DNA of 42,718 bases from Candidatus Brocadiaceae bacterium. GTDB taxonomy: Bacteria > Planctomycetota > Brocadiia > SM23-32. Both the position numbers and the translations under genes were made by a program. The stretch lies in contig PUMZ01000036.1 in assembly GCA_003551565.1 (NCBI GenBank), positions 1-42,718 on the forward strand, in the 5' to 3' direction. Positions 1 to 7,758 of the stretch are shown one piece after another; the first letter of the stretch is position 1, and each line of letters starts with the position of its first letter. The notes under the pieces were generated by a model. It was given only the letters and a program-made list of their open reading frames with translations, searched no databases and was not told the DNA's origin.

Positions 1-706
1 CATCCAGCAAAAAATCATCGAAAAACGGTATCACCAGCCGTACAGCATCGAGAATTTCTCCGTATTCGTCAGGATAGTTGTCTCGGAGATGAAGAAGAAA
101 TGGTGCGATATTTGCACCGTCAAAACGAAAGGTTTTATTGTCCTCAACAATCTCATATCGGCGCATTGCCGATGATTTACTGGTGTCATGAAAATGGTAG
201 ATACGCCATGAATCTATAGATTTATAAACATGATAGCCAACGCCATGCTGGCTGCCGCTCACGCCACGTTTGTTTTTTTCTTCAAGCAATCGAGGCCGCG
301 TCTGTCCGCTCCCCATATTCCGCCACCCGCTGTTTTTATGCTCATAGTATCTCTGCTCGTCGTTGACCACGACTTTTTCTCCCCCGGCGGCGGACGCCAG
401 TGAAAACTTGTAGCCGTTTTTCCCAAAGCGGAGTTCAGCCGATATTTCGTCGGTCTCTTTTGGCCCGTTGAAAAGAAAATCATCGATGCCGCCGCCGTCA
501 GTAATAAAAGACTGGAGATTAGACTTCTTTAATCCAGGCAAACTGAGCTCCATCATGGCGCGAAGGAGCCGAAAGAAATCGATGAAATTGCTCTTGCCGG
601 TACCGTTACCACCGATCAGAACATTCAGATTCTTCAGTTCTAGTTTTTCAAGCTCCCTTATGGACTTAAAGCCCTTGATTGTCACTTTATCCAATGAAGA
701 CGGCAT
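1..706 (-). CDS. AAA_15/AAA_21-type (ABC/SMC-like) ATPase, first 235 codons; gene continues beyond the left edge
   Basis: Absent from the ORF track because it is open to position 1. My translation from the ATG at 706 reads MPSSLDKVTIKGFKSIRELEKLELKNLNVLIGGNGTGKSNFIDFFRLLRAMM...WRIYHFHDTSKSS... Walker A GGNGTGKS lies about 30 aa from the N-terminus. Confidence 0.75.
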   Translation of the reverse strand, partial: MPSSLDKVTIKGFKSIRELEKLELKNLNVLIGGNGTGKSNFIDFFRLLRAMMELSLPGLKKSNLQSFITDGGGIDDFLFNGPKETDEISAELRFGKNGYKFSLASAAGGEKVVVNDEQRYYEHKNSGWRNMGSGQTRPRLLEEKNKRGVSGSQHGVGYHVYKSIDSWRIYHFHDTSKSSAMRRYEIVEDNKTFRFDGANIAPFLLHLRDNYPDEYGEILDAVRLVIPFFDDFLLD

Positions 707-787
707 GCTTCAGGCCTCCAAATTAGTAATCGTTGTGCCTCTTTTGGTGCTCTGTCCAACTTTTCGACGGTATAGCGACGGGTTGAC

Positions 788-1102
788 TTACTCTTTCTTA
801 AATGCTCGCTCCTGCCGCGCCGAAAGAGTTATTTCCATATCCAGTGCGGCTTCGATCTTAGCCAGCGTTTTCAAAGTGAAATTTTGGTGCTCCGAGAAGA
901 TACGAGAGATAAAAGCCTCAGAAACACCCATCCTCTGCGCCAGCTCGGATCGGCTTATATCGTGCTTCTTCATATGCCGCAGAAAATCCGCGGTGATGGC
1001 ATCGTACAGAGCAATGGCCCTGTATTCCAGATCATTCTTGAATTCCCCGTGATATTCTTTCAGTAAGGAGTCAATATTATTTGTTAGTTTTTTATTGGAC
1101 AT
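788..1102 (-). CDS. XRE/Cro-family helix-turn-helix transcriptional regulator
   Basis: ORF 788..1102 (104 aa). ..DISRSELAQRMGVSEAFISRIFSEHQNFTLKTLAKIEAAL.. is a classic XRE HTH. It sits 81 nt upstream of the ATPase on the same strand. Confidence 0.8.
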   Translation of the reverse strand: MSNKKLTNNIDSLLKEYHGEFKNDLEYRAIALYDAITADFLRHMKKHDISRSELAQRMGVSEAFISRIFSEHQNFTLKTLAKIEAALDMEITLSARQERAFKKE

Positions 1103-1216
1103 TTATTGTTGGAATTTGTCAGGCTTTCACTCAATAATGTGGTGAAAAGCTTTTCGGGGAAGATCTCGGCATACCCCCATGCTTTTCTCTTTCTACTCAC
1201 GCGAAGCATCACCCAT

Positions 1217-1234
1217 CTTAACCTAAAGGTTAAG
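1217..1234. promoter_or_regulatory. 18-bp palindrome CTTAACCT-AA-AGGTTAAG, candidate operator for the adjacent HTH regulator
   Basis: Perfect 8-bp arms with a 2-nt spacer, too tight for an RNA hairpin. It lies about 115 nt upstream of the XRE start and 21 nt past the nuclease stop. Confidence 0.4.
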
Positions 1235-1254
1235 TCATTGCAAATCCACTGGAG

Positions 1255-2046
1255 CTACAGTTTATTTGCTAATTCATCAAGTATTTCCCTTCTGCGGTTT
1301 TTCTCAATCTCCGGATCGACCTTCTGCAAGTATTCTACTGCCGCCAAGTCATCGCCCCTTTTCCTGTTTTGACGCGGTTCCAGAGCTTCAATAAGAATCG
1401 ACTCAAGGGCGGGTATCAATTTCGCAGCATCGTAGCTCTCAGGCAGTTCACCGAGCGAGCCGTCGTCTGAAACTGGAAGTAGGCCAAACCAGGAAAATCT
1501 GTCCCACCTGGCGGACATGCGGTCAACAGTGTGGTAATACAAACGCGTGCCGAGAGAACTGTCAGTAGTCCGGCCAGCATAGATGACCTCACGACCGTCA
1601 TACAACAGATAGATTCCGAGCTGGTTGCAAAAATCGACCGGCTTTGCGCCGATCTGCTGCATACCCAGCAGTTTTGGAGAACAAGACCACCCAACGCCGC
1701 TTTTCTTCCAAAACATACCGAAAGAAGAAACTATTTCATACTGTTCTTCCACCTCCTCGGACTCCTCCTTTTCAGGGGTGAGTTTTTTGTGGACAACTGT
1801 TCCCGCATCGCTTCGATCTCTTAGAGTAAAAGTTCCTTTTCCCACCCGTACAAAAGGCGATTTCGCACCGTTATATTTTATTGATCGAGTAATTTGAGCG
1901 TTAACAGTGGCCGAGGGCGTAGCACCAACATTTTTGCGGAGGCCTTCGGAAATTACCTGTTCGGTAATTTCTTTATAGTGCAGCGGCGTCGGTGAAGTTG
2001 CAAGAACTTTTTTTATAGCCGTTTTCCAGGTTGGCTCTTTAGCCAT
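1255..2046 (-). CDS. winged-helix (HARE-HTH/Mrr_N-like) plus GIY-YIG nuclease fusion protein
   Basis: ORF 1255..2097, with the start moved to ATG 2046. The N-terminus TWKTAIKKVL..PLHYKEITEQV..ATPSATVNAQITRSI..FVRVGKGTFTLRD has the HARE-HTH/Mrr_N pattern. The C-terminus GIYLLYDGREVIYAGRT..LGTRLYYH carries GIY-YIG motifs. Confidence 0.7.
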   Translation of the reverse strand: MAKEPTWKTAIKKVLATSPTPLHYKEITEQVISEGLRKNVGATPSATVNAQITRSIKYNGAKSPFVRVGKGTFTLRDRSDAGTVVHKKLTPEKEESEEVEEQYEIVSSFGMFWKKSGVGWSCSPKLLGMQQIGAKPVDFCNQLGIYLLYDGREVIYAGRTTDSSLGTRLYYHTVDRMSARWDRFSWFGLLPVSDDGSLGELPESYDAAKLIPALESILIEALEPRQNRKRGDDLAAVEYLQKVDPEIEKNRRREILDELANKL

Positions 2047-2117
2047 AGCTGTTTCCCCAAGTGGTCTATTAAAATTTCGCGAACCATGTTGTATCAATAA
2101 AGCAAAAACACGATTTT

Positions 2118-2146
2118 ATGATACACCTTAACAGCATTATATGCAA
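2118..2146 (-). promoter_or_regulatory. sigma70-like promoter candidate TTGCAT-N17-TATCAT for the nuclease gene
   Basis: Read on the minus strand, the -35 is at 2146..2141 and the -10 at 2123..2118, with 17-nt spacing. It is about 70 nt upstream of ATG 2046. Confidence 0.4.
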
Positions 2147-2221
2147 GCCGCGCAACTCAGCTGAAAAACAGGATGTGGAGAGAAAAAGCAACGTCGTTTG
2201 CTTTTTGCCTTTGTTGTTTTA

Positions 2222-2259
2222 CTAATTCTTTTTCAAGCAACGTCTTGAAAAAGAATTAG
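2222..2259. repeat. perfect 16-bp inverted repeat (CTAATTCTTTTTCAAG / CTTGAAAAAGAATTAG) with a 6-nt loop at the GC-content junction
   Basis: Arms are at 2222..2237 and 2244..2259. The repeat supplies the last codons and the stop of the integrase reading frame. Confidence 0.8.
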
Positions 2260-3116
2260 CTCCATCGTGCTGTGGCGTGCCAGGGTCTGGGCCGTTCTCG
2301 GATGGACGCCGGAACGGGCAAGGTTGGTTATGAAGGTATGGCGCAGCGCGTGGAAGTCGGCCTGGCGGCCCAGCGAGTCCTTGAACGGTATGCCGGCGGC
2401 CTTCAGATCGCCTTTCAGCATCCGGGCGCCCTGGGCCGACGGCCACATGTCGAACACCGGGGCCGCGGGGAGCCGGTCCCTGCAATGCCCCCGCTGGTCT
2501 TGGGCAGGCTTTTTCGCAGGGGCAGCACGTCGGTCCGGCCGGATTTCGAGTAACCGCCTTCGACGGTGACTGTCGGCGGCGTGCCGTCGAGATCGAGATG
2601 ATGGACCTTGAGCGTCTTCAGTTCGTTGAAACGCAGTCCCGTCTCAAGGCCCGTGCGGTAAAGAAGGGCGCGGGTTCCGGGGCTTGCCCCATCGTGGTCA
2701 CAGTCGCTATCGTATGCGGCCTGCAGCAATCGGGAACATTCCTCCCGCGTGAGAGCCCGGCACTTGCAACGGCGATGCGGTTCGGGCTTCTGGCGTGAGA
2801 GGCGCCGGAGCGGGTCTTCGGCGGCAAGGCCGTTGCGATACATCCATGAAGTAAACTGCTTAGCAGCGGTGCGGTATGCGTTCACCGTGGACACCGACAG
2901 ACCGTCCGTGTCCCGAAAGCGTGTCAGGGCCTCTTCCACCCTGTCGGCCTGAATATCGTTCCAACACGACGCGCCATCTGCTTCGAGCAGACGCCCGACC
3001 CGGCCGACGCGCTGCTTGATGTGTTCTTCGGTGTCTCCTTTTGCGGCCAGGTGCTTTTTCCACGCCTCCAGATGATTGGAAAGAAGTTTTGCAACGCATT
3101 TCGGGGAGGTACGGCA
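2233..3116 (-). pseudogene. decayed tyrosine recombinase/integrase (frameshifted, 3'-truncated, no ATG start)
   Basis: Two ORF pieces lie in different frames. 2415..2939 carries ..LLYRTGLETGLRFNELKTL.. and 2233..2457 carries ..ADFHALRHTFITNLARSGVHPRTAQTLARHST... Adding one C to the C5 run at 2488..2492 joins them as ..KTSGGHCRDRLPAAPVFDMWPS... The frame is open upstream to 3116 without an ATG. It ends before the catalytic-Tyr region. Confidence 0.7.
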
Positions 3117-3251
3117 CTAAGCTCCTAATCGGGCTTTCGTTCCGCTTCTTGCTCTTGACTTCACCGCCCCTGGGGTTGACGACACTGGATGTCTAAGGAC
3201 ATTGTCCTTGCGCCGGGTGCGGATCGGCCGCGTCCGGCGTTTTTCACGTTT

Positions 3252-4139
3252 TCACGTCCGGTCCGGGTCCGTTTGGGATGCGCTTTGCGGTTGTTCTCCG
3301 TCGGGTTTCATGGCCGCTACCGCATCGATATCCCATGGCGGATGTTCCTCCATAGCCTGCATCTCGGACCTGTAGGTCTCAAACAGCCGGGGCACATCGG
3401 CATAGCGTTCCCGGGCAACGCGGCGCATGAGCTCCACCGCTTTATCCGCATGCTCGGGCTGAACCTGCGAGCGGACCGGTTGGTGCTGCCACGGTTCGGA
3501 GAACGTCCAGGGCTGATTGCATCCGGTCTGCCTCAGCTTTGACAATGATTCGAACGGGAAACAGCGGCCGGGCGAATCGGCGAATCCCTGCCGGACCAGG
3601 CCCTCGGGCAGACCGAGCACGCGTGCCGAGGCCAGCACCAGGATATCTTCGCCGCGGCCGTACCCGAATGCCTCTTCCATCCGGTCATCGGGCATCAGTT
3701 TCCCCGGGGCCAGGTGGAGGACAATGGATCCGCTCTCATGGTGGATTTCACGTATAACGTTGCTAAGTAAAAACTTGAGTGGCCCGTGAGTGCCGACGAC
3801 TATCAGGCGTTCGAATCCGTTCCTGATTGCCGCCATGCATATTTCCTTGAGCCACTTTTGAGAAACCGAAGGGCGCGGAGAAATCGTGCCGGGCCACGGT
3901 GTCGACGCTCCCGGATAAGTGTAGGTGACCGGCGGGAGGACCAGGCATTCCCACTGTTCTGCCAGGATGACGGCCATGGCGTGGGCATGCATGGTATCGC
4001 ATCCGAGCGGGACATGGGGTCCGTGCATTTCGATACAACCCACGGGGAGGATTGCCAGATCGCTGTGTTGCAGGTAGCGCGCCACTTCGGGGCTTGTCAT
4101 AAACTCCATCCTTACCGTGTTGAGTCCGGGCATTGCCAT
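3252..4139 (-). CDS. creatininase-family amidohydrolase
   Basis: ORF 3252..4139. ..LAILPVGCIEMHGPHVPLGCDT.. matches the creatininase-family metal-binding motif. The second ATG at 4133 has better spacing to AAGGAGA. Confidence 0.75.
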   Translation of the reverse strand: MAMPGLNTVRMEFMTSPEVARYLQHSDLAILPVGCIEMHGPHVPLGCDTMHAHAMAVILAEQWECLVLPPVTYTYPGASTPWPGTISPRPSVSQKWLKEICMAAIRNGFERLIVVGTHGPLKFLLSNVIREIHHESGSIVLHLAPGKLMPDDRMEEAFGYGRGEDILVLASARVLGLPEGLVRQGFADSPGRCFPFESLSKLRQTGCNQPWTFSEPWQHQPVRSQVQPEHADKAVELMRRVARERYADVPRLFETYRSEMQAMEEHPPWDIDAVAAMKPDGEQPQSASQTDPDRT

Positions 4140-4352
4140 TCTCCTTATCCGTTGCGGCCGGTTTTTCCTGCCGGCCTGGGTAACGTGCCTTTCGGGGCAA
4201 ACCGCGGCCGGACAGGGCCGGGGCGCTTTGCTACCCGCCTTTTTCCGTCGATCTTACGGCATCACAACCACATGCTTATTGCACCGGTATGTTTCCTTGT
4301 TCACCCCGCTTCCGTTGTATGAGATGGTGGGCAAAAAACGGTGGATATATGT

Positions 4353-5180
4353 TCAAAGTCCCAGCAGCCTCACGGCATTGTCTTCGGCGATTGCCCGCCT
4401 GATCCCGGAATCCATGGGCGTCTTGTTCATCCACTCGATAATCGGCAGGGAATCGCTGGCATAACAGATATCGGTACCGAAAAGCAGCCGCGTCTGGCGG
4501 CGCCGTATGAACTCCTGAGCGAAATCCGGATCGCGCGTCATGGCGTTATAGCCCGACATGCCCGAAAGATCCGCATACAGGTTATCGTAGCGCTCCATTA
4601 ACCGGTCGATTGCTCCGCCGTCCGTGATCCTGTCCTTCGGGTAGGGTCCGGGTTTCTCCCCGTCGTCGCCGCTGATGGCGCTCCAGAAGTGCGGGCCGTG
4701 ACCGACCCACCGTATATCCGGATATTTCTGCAGGCAGGATTCGAGGCGCGGCAGCCCCGGTTCGTCGAAACATATGTGTGGTCTGGTGATCTCGAATACC
4801 AGAGGCAATTTCAGTTCGTTGCACCTGGCATACAGGCGCAGGTTCAGCGGGTGGTCCAGCGGGAGTCCGTTGACGTGCTCGCCAAAGCCGGGACAACCGT
4901 TTTGTTCGACCGAGTGATCGACAAATTCCAACGCCAGCTGGTAGCGCGGGTCGGCGCAGGCAAACACGATAAAGCGGTCGGGATATTTTTCACGTGCTTC
5001 GAGTGCCTGCTCCACCAGGAAATAGCCGCCGCCCCAATCGGGGCTTTCCAGCGGCAGCAGCACGGCCAGGTCGATTCCCCGCCGGTCCATAATTTCGACG
5101 AGGCCATCCGCTGTGACGTTGGGCTTGCCCGTGCATCCTTCCCGGTTCAGTACGCCCATATGAGCATGGAAATCGATCAT
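4353..5180 (-). CDS. amidohydrolase-family (TIM-barrel metal-dependent hydrolase) protein
   Basis: ORF 4353..5216. The N-terminal MIDFHAHMG.. HxH motif is typical of amidohydrolase_2 proteins. I chose ATG 5180 because GGAG lies 9 nt upstream. Confidence 0.65.
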   Translation of the reverse strand: MIDFHAHMGVLNREGCTGKPNVTADGLVEIMDRRGIDLAVLLPLESPDWGGGYFLVEQALEAREKYPDRFIVFACADPRYQLALEFVDHSVEQNGCPGFGEHVNGLPLDHPLNLRLYARCNELKLPLVFEITRPHICFDEPGLPRLESCLQKYPDIRWVGHGPHFWSAISGDDGEKPGPYPKDRITDGGAIDRLMERYDNLYADLSGMSGYNAMTRDPDFAQEFIRRRQTRLLFGTDICYASDSLPIIEWMNKTPMDSGIRRAIAEDNAVRLLGL

Positions 5181-5307
5181 TGGTCTTATCTCCCGCATTG
5201 CATTGTACCGTATCAACCGCCATCCGGCGGCGCCGGAGCGGCAGGTTCAAGCAAATGCCGGGTGCGGTTTCAACCGGAAGGTTGGCCATTCCGGCGCCCG
5301 GCACTGC

Positions 5308-6552
5308 TCACCGGCCCATTTCCGTCAAGGTCTTGCGAACCAGGCGGACAACCTCGGGTCCGGAAGTGCGTTGCCGGGTGGACGCTTTGAAGTGCGGTCC
5401 GCCCTTCACCTCATAGCTTCCCTCTTCAAAGTTGCGTGGAAGGGGCGCATACATGCCTCCCGATCCATTATACCCCATGAGGAAGAGGTGCTTATGCGGA
5501 TTTTCCCGATGCATCTGTCGGCCGAAACAATGGAAGAGTTCCCCGGGAATGCTGACAAATGCGATATCGCCGAGGAGCAGATGGTTGAGGATGTAACCCG
5601 GCTGCATCGACAGTTTCTCTTCATTTTCGTTGGAAAGGTAGGCATGGCGGATTTCCCCGGGCCGGGTATATTCCAGTTGTTCCGCAAGCGGCACCACGGT
5701 ATCGGCGAAACGATTGCCCAGAAGTTCTATGCTCTCGGCGAACCAGGCCAGTTGCGCGCCATGTTCGTCCGGCATGGGGTGCACGCAATGGATATCGATA
5801 TCACCGCCCGTGTGATTGGCATGCATCGCCGTCACACCCGGCATCCGCCTTTCAATTGCCCGCTTAGCAGCGCCTGCAAATTCGCCGCTGAACCGTGGAA
5901 TCTCATACATGTGCGGATGGGCGGCATAACTGGTCAGGACGGCAAAAGGCGCTTCCGAATCTTTTTCACGGATGCACACGAGATCGATGGTGGTGCTGTG
6001 CGGTCCCGGCGGGTGTGCAATCTTGCGTCCGAAGGGAACGACGGAGCCGGCGCCCCAGCAATTCAGACAGGTTCCGTTGTTGAACTTCATCCGACGGTTT
6101 TCTCCAATGGTCCCTTTCAGCTCCGTGCTTGCGGCAGCCACCTCGGCCGGGCGCATGTTATTCCGCGCATCAACGCAGGCCTGCACCGTTTCGTCGATAT
6201 AAAGCCGGTGGCATTCTTCCGCCGCAGCTTTTGCTTCCCCGCTGTCGTCGGCGGGAGCCGGATGGCTGCTGTGTGTATGGGTGCTTGAAAAAAGGATGCG
6301 CTCCGGGTGGCATCCGGTCTCCCGTGCAACTCTCCTGCGCATATCGACGACCCAGGAATAAGGAAGGTAGCGTACTTCCAGGGTACATAAAAAAGCGCTT
6401 TCGCCCCCCGCACGGATCGCCATCGCCTCGGTGTACAGATCGTCATGGACTCCTTCGGTATCCCGCAGCCGTCCCATGCCGGTCGGCCGCAACAGTTCCG
6501 GCTTCGGGGGAGTGATACAACGTCTTCCAATACCGATGGACAGTTCGTTCAT
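5308..6552 (-). CDS. neutral/alkaline ceramidase N-terminal-domain-like hydrolase
   Basis: ORF 5308..6684, with the start at ATG 6552 (MNELSIGIGRRCITPP..). ..ILFSSTHTHSSHP.. resembles the ceramidase Zn motif. The start overlaps the stop of the upstream gene as ATGA. Confidence 0.55.
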   Translation of the reverse strand: MNELSIGIGRRCITPPKPELLRPTGMGRLRDTEGVHDDLYTEAMAIRAGGESAFLCTLEVRYLPYSWVVDMRRRVARETGCHPERILFSSTHTHSSHPAPADDSGEAKAAAEECHRLYIDETVQACVDARNNMRPAEVAAASTELKGTIGENRRMKFNNGTCLNCWGAGSVVPFGRKIAHPPGPHSTTIDLVCIREKDSEAPFAVLTSYAAHPHMYEIPRFSGEFAGAAKRAIERRMPGVTAMHANHTGGDIDIHCVHPMPDEHGAQLAWFAESIELLGNRFADTVVPLAEQLEYTRPGEIRHAYLSNENEEKLSMQPGYILNHLLLGDIAFVSIPGELFHCFGRQMHRENPHKHLFLMGYNGSGGMYAPLPRNFEEGSYEVKGGPHFKASTRQRTSGPEVVRLVRKTLTEMGR

Positions 6553-7592
6553 GCCGCACTCTCCTTTGCAAGAAGGGCCTTTGCAGCCTGCAGGCGCACT
6601 CTTATGTGGGTATCTGCAAGCGCCCGCCGGATCCGTTCCCGGGCCGCCTCTCCGCCGATATATTCCAGCGCTTCGACGGCGCATTGCCTGACCCAGGGGT
6701 CTTCATCTTCCAGCGCCTGCGCTGTTGCGGGAGCGAACGATTCAAACCCCAGTTCGCCCATTGCTTCGACGGCGGCGGCGCGATCAAACGTTTCCGTTGC
6801 ATGCCGCGCAAGGTGAACCAGCGGGTCCACATCGGTACCCGGGTCGTGTTCCACCAGGATACGTGTGAGTCGTATGCGTTCGAAGTCGGTGGCCGCCGTG
6901 CGGAGCATCTCGGACAGGCGCGCAATATCCTCTTCCCCGGTGGAAATCCGGCACAGGCCGAGGGCGGCCTGTGCCCGCACGTAGCGACTGCGCCAGGTCA
7001 GGAACCTGCGCAGGTGTTCAGCGGCCGGAGGTCCGTTCATTTCCCCGAGCGCTTCCACCACGGCGATAACAAAACTCGGGTCCGTCGCACGAAGATCTGC
7101 GCCCGGCGCTTCCGACTTCACCACAACCCGCTCGGGGGTCAGGCGGTCCTGCAGTGATCGCACGTGCGGTGAATGGGAAGGAACGCGCAAGAGAGCGGGT
7201 GCAAACCAGCCATAAAACAAACTTTTTGCGTTTTGTTCCAGATCCTCGAGGTAGTACAGGCCGTATTCATTGTTCAGCCGCAACAAAGCAATCGCAGCGG
7301 CGGCCCGGACCGACTTGTGCATGAACCAATACCAGTCGTCCTGTACGTTGGGGGCGTCCACAAGGGCCTGCAGCGTGGTTACGGCAGCGTCATCGCCTAT
7401 GCGTGCCAGGGCTTCCATCCCCGCCGTCTTGTAGCAATGGCGGCTTTCCGACACATACGCACACAGGTCGGGTACCGCCCCGGCCCTGCGCAATTCCCCC
7501 AGCATGCGCGCCGCATCGGCCTGAACAACCGGATCCTTATGCCGCAGCGCCGCCGAAATAGATGTGAACAGAGATCCCGGTGCAGAGTTCAT
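6549..7592 (-). CDS. HEAT-repeat protein
   Basis: ORF 6549..7685. It has repeated ..D..VR..AA.ALG.. units, for example DPVVQADAARMLGEL and DPWVRQCAVEALEYIG. The start is uncertain: 7592, 7619 or GTG 7685. Confidence 0.65.
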   Translation of the reverse strand: MNSAPGSLFTSISAALRHKDPVVQADAARMLGELRRAGAVPDLCAYVSESRHCYKTAGMEALARIGDDAAVTTLQALVDAPNVQDDWYWFMHKSVRAAAAIALLRLNNEYGLYYLEDLEQNAKSLFYGWFAPALLRVPSHSPHVRSLQDRLTPERVVVKSEAPGADLRATDPSFVIAVVEALGEMNGPPAAEHLRRFLTWRSRYVRAQAALGLCRISTGEEDIARLSEMLRTAATDFERIRLTRILVEHDPGTDVDPLVHLARHATETFDRAAAVEAMGELGFESFAPATAQALEDEDPWVRQCAVEALEYIGGEAARERIRRALADTHIRVRLQAAKALLAKESAA

Positions 7593-7758
7593 GTTTCCCC
7601 GAAAATTATGGTTTCGCATTGCATCGGTCCGGCCTGGGGAACCGATGGCATGAACGGCTGCCGGCGCCGGAACACCCGCCGCCACACAGATTTACGCGGG
7701 GTTCAGCGAGCAGATCGCCCGGCCGGCCCGCACTCCCATTACGCCGTTTTTCCCGGCT

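Noticed and set aside
468-1052. 194-aa plus-strand ORF at the left end
   Set aside because: It is antisense to the ATPase and XRE genes. It is Ser/Leu/Phe-rich junk with no motifs.
2184-2207. AT-rich hairpin AAAAAGCAA-CGTCGT-TTGCTTTTT as a terminator for the integrase remnant
   Set aside because: The stem is weak and A/T-only apart from three G/C pairs, the T-run is part of the stem, and the upstream gene is a pseudogene. This is not enough support to call a terminator.
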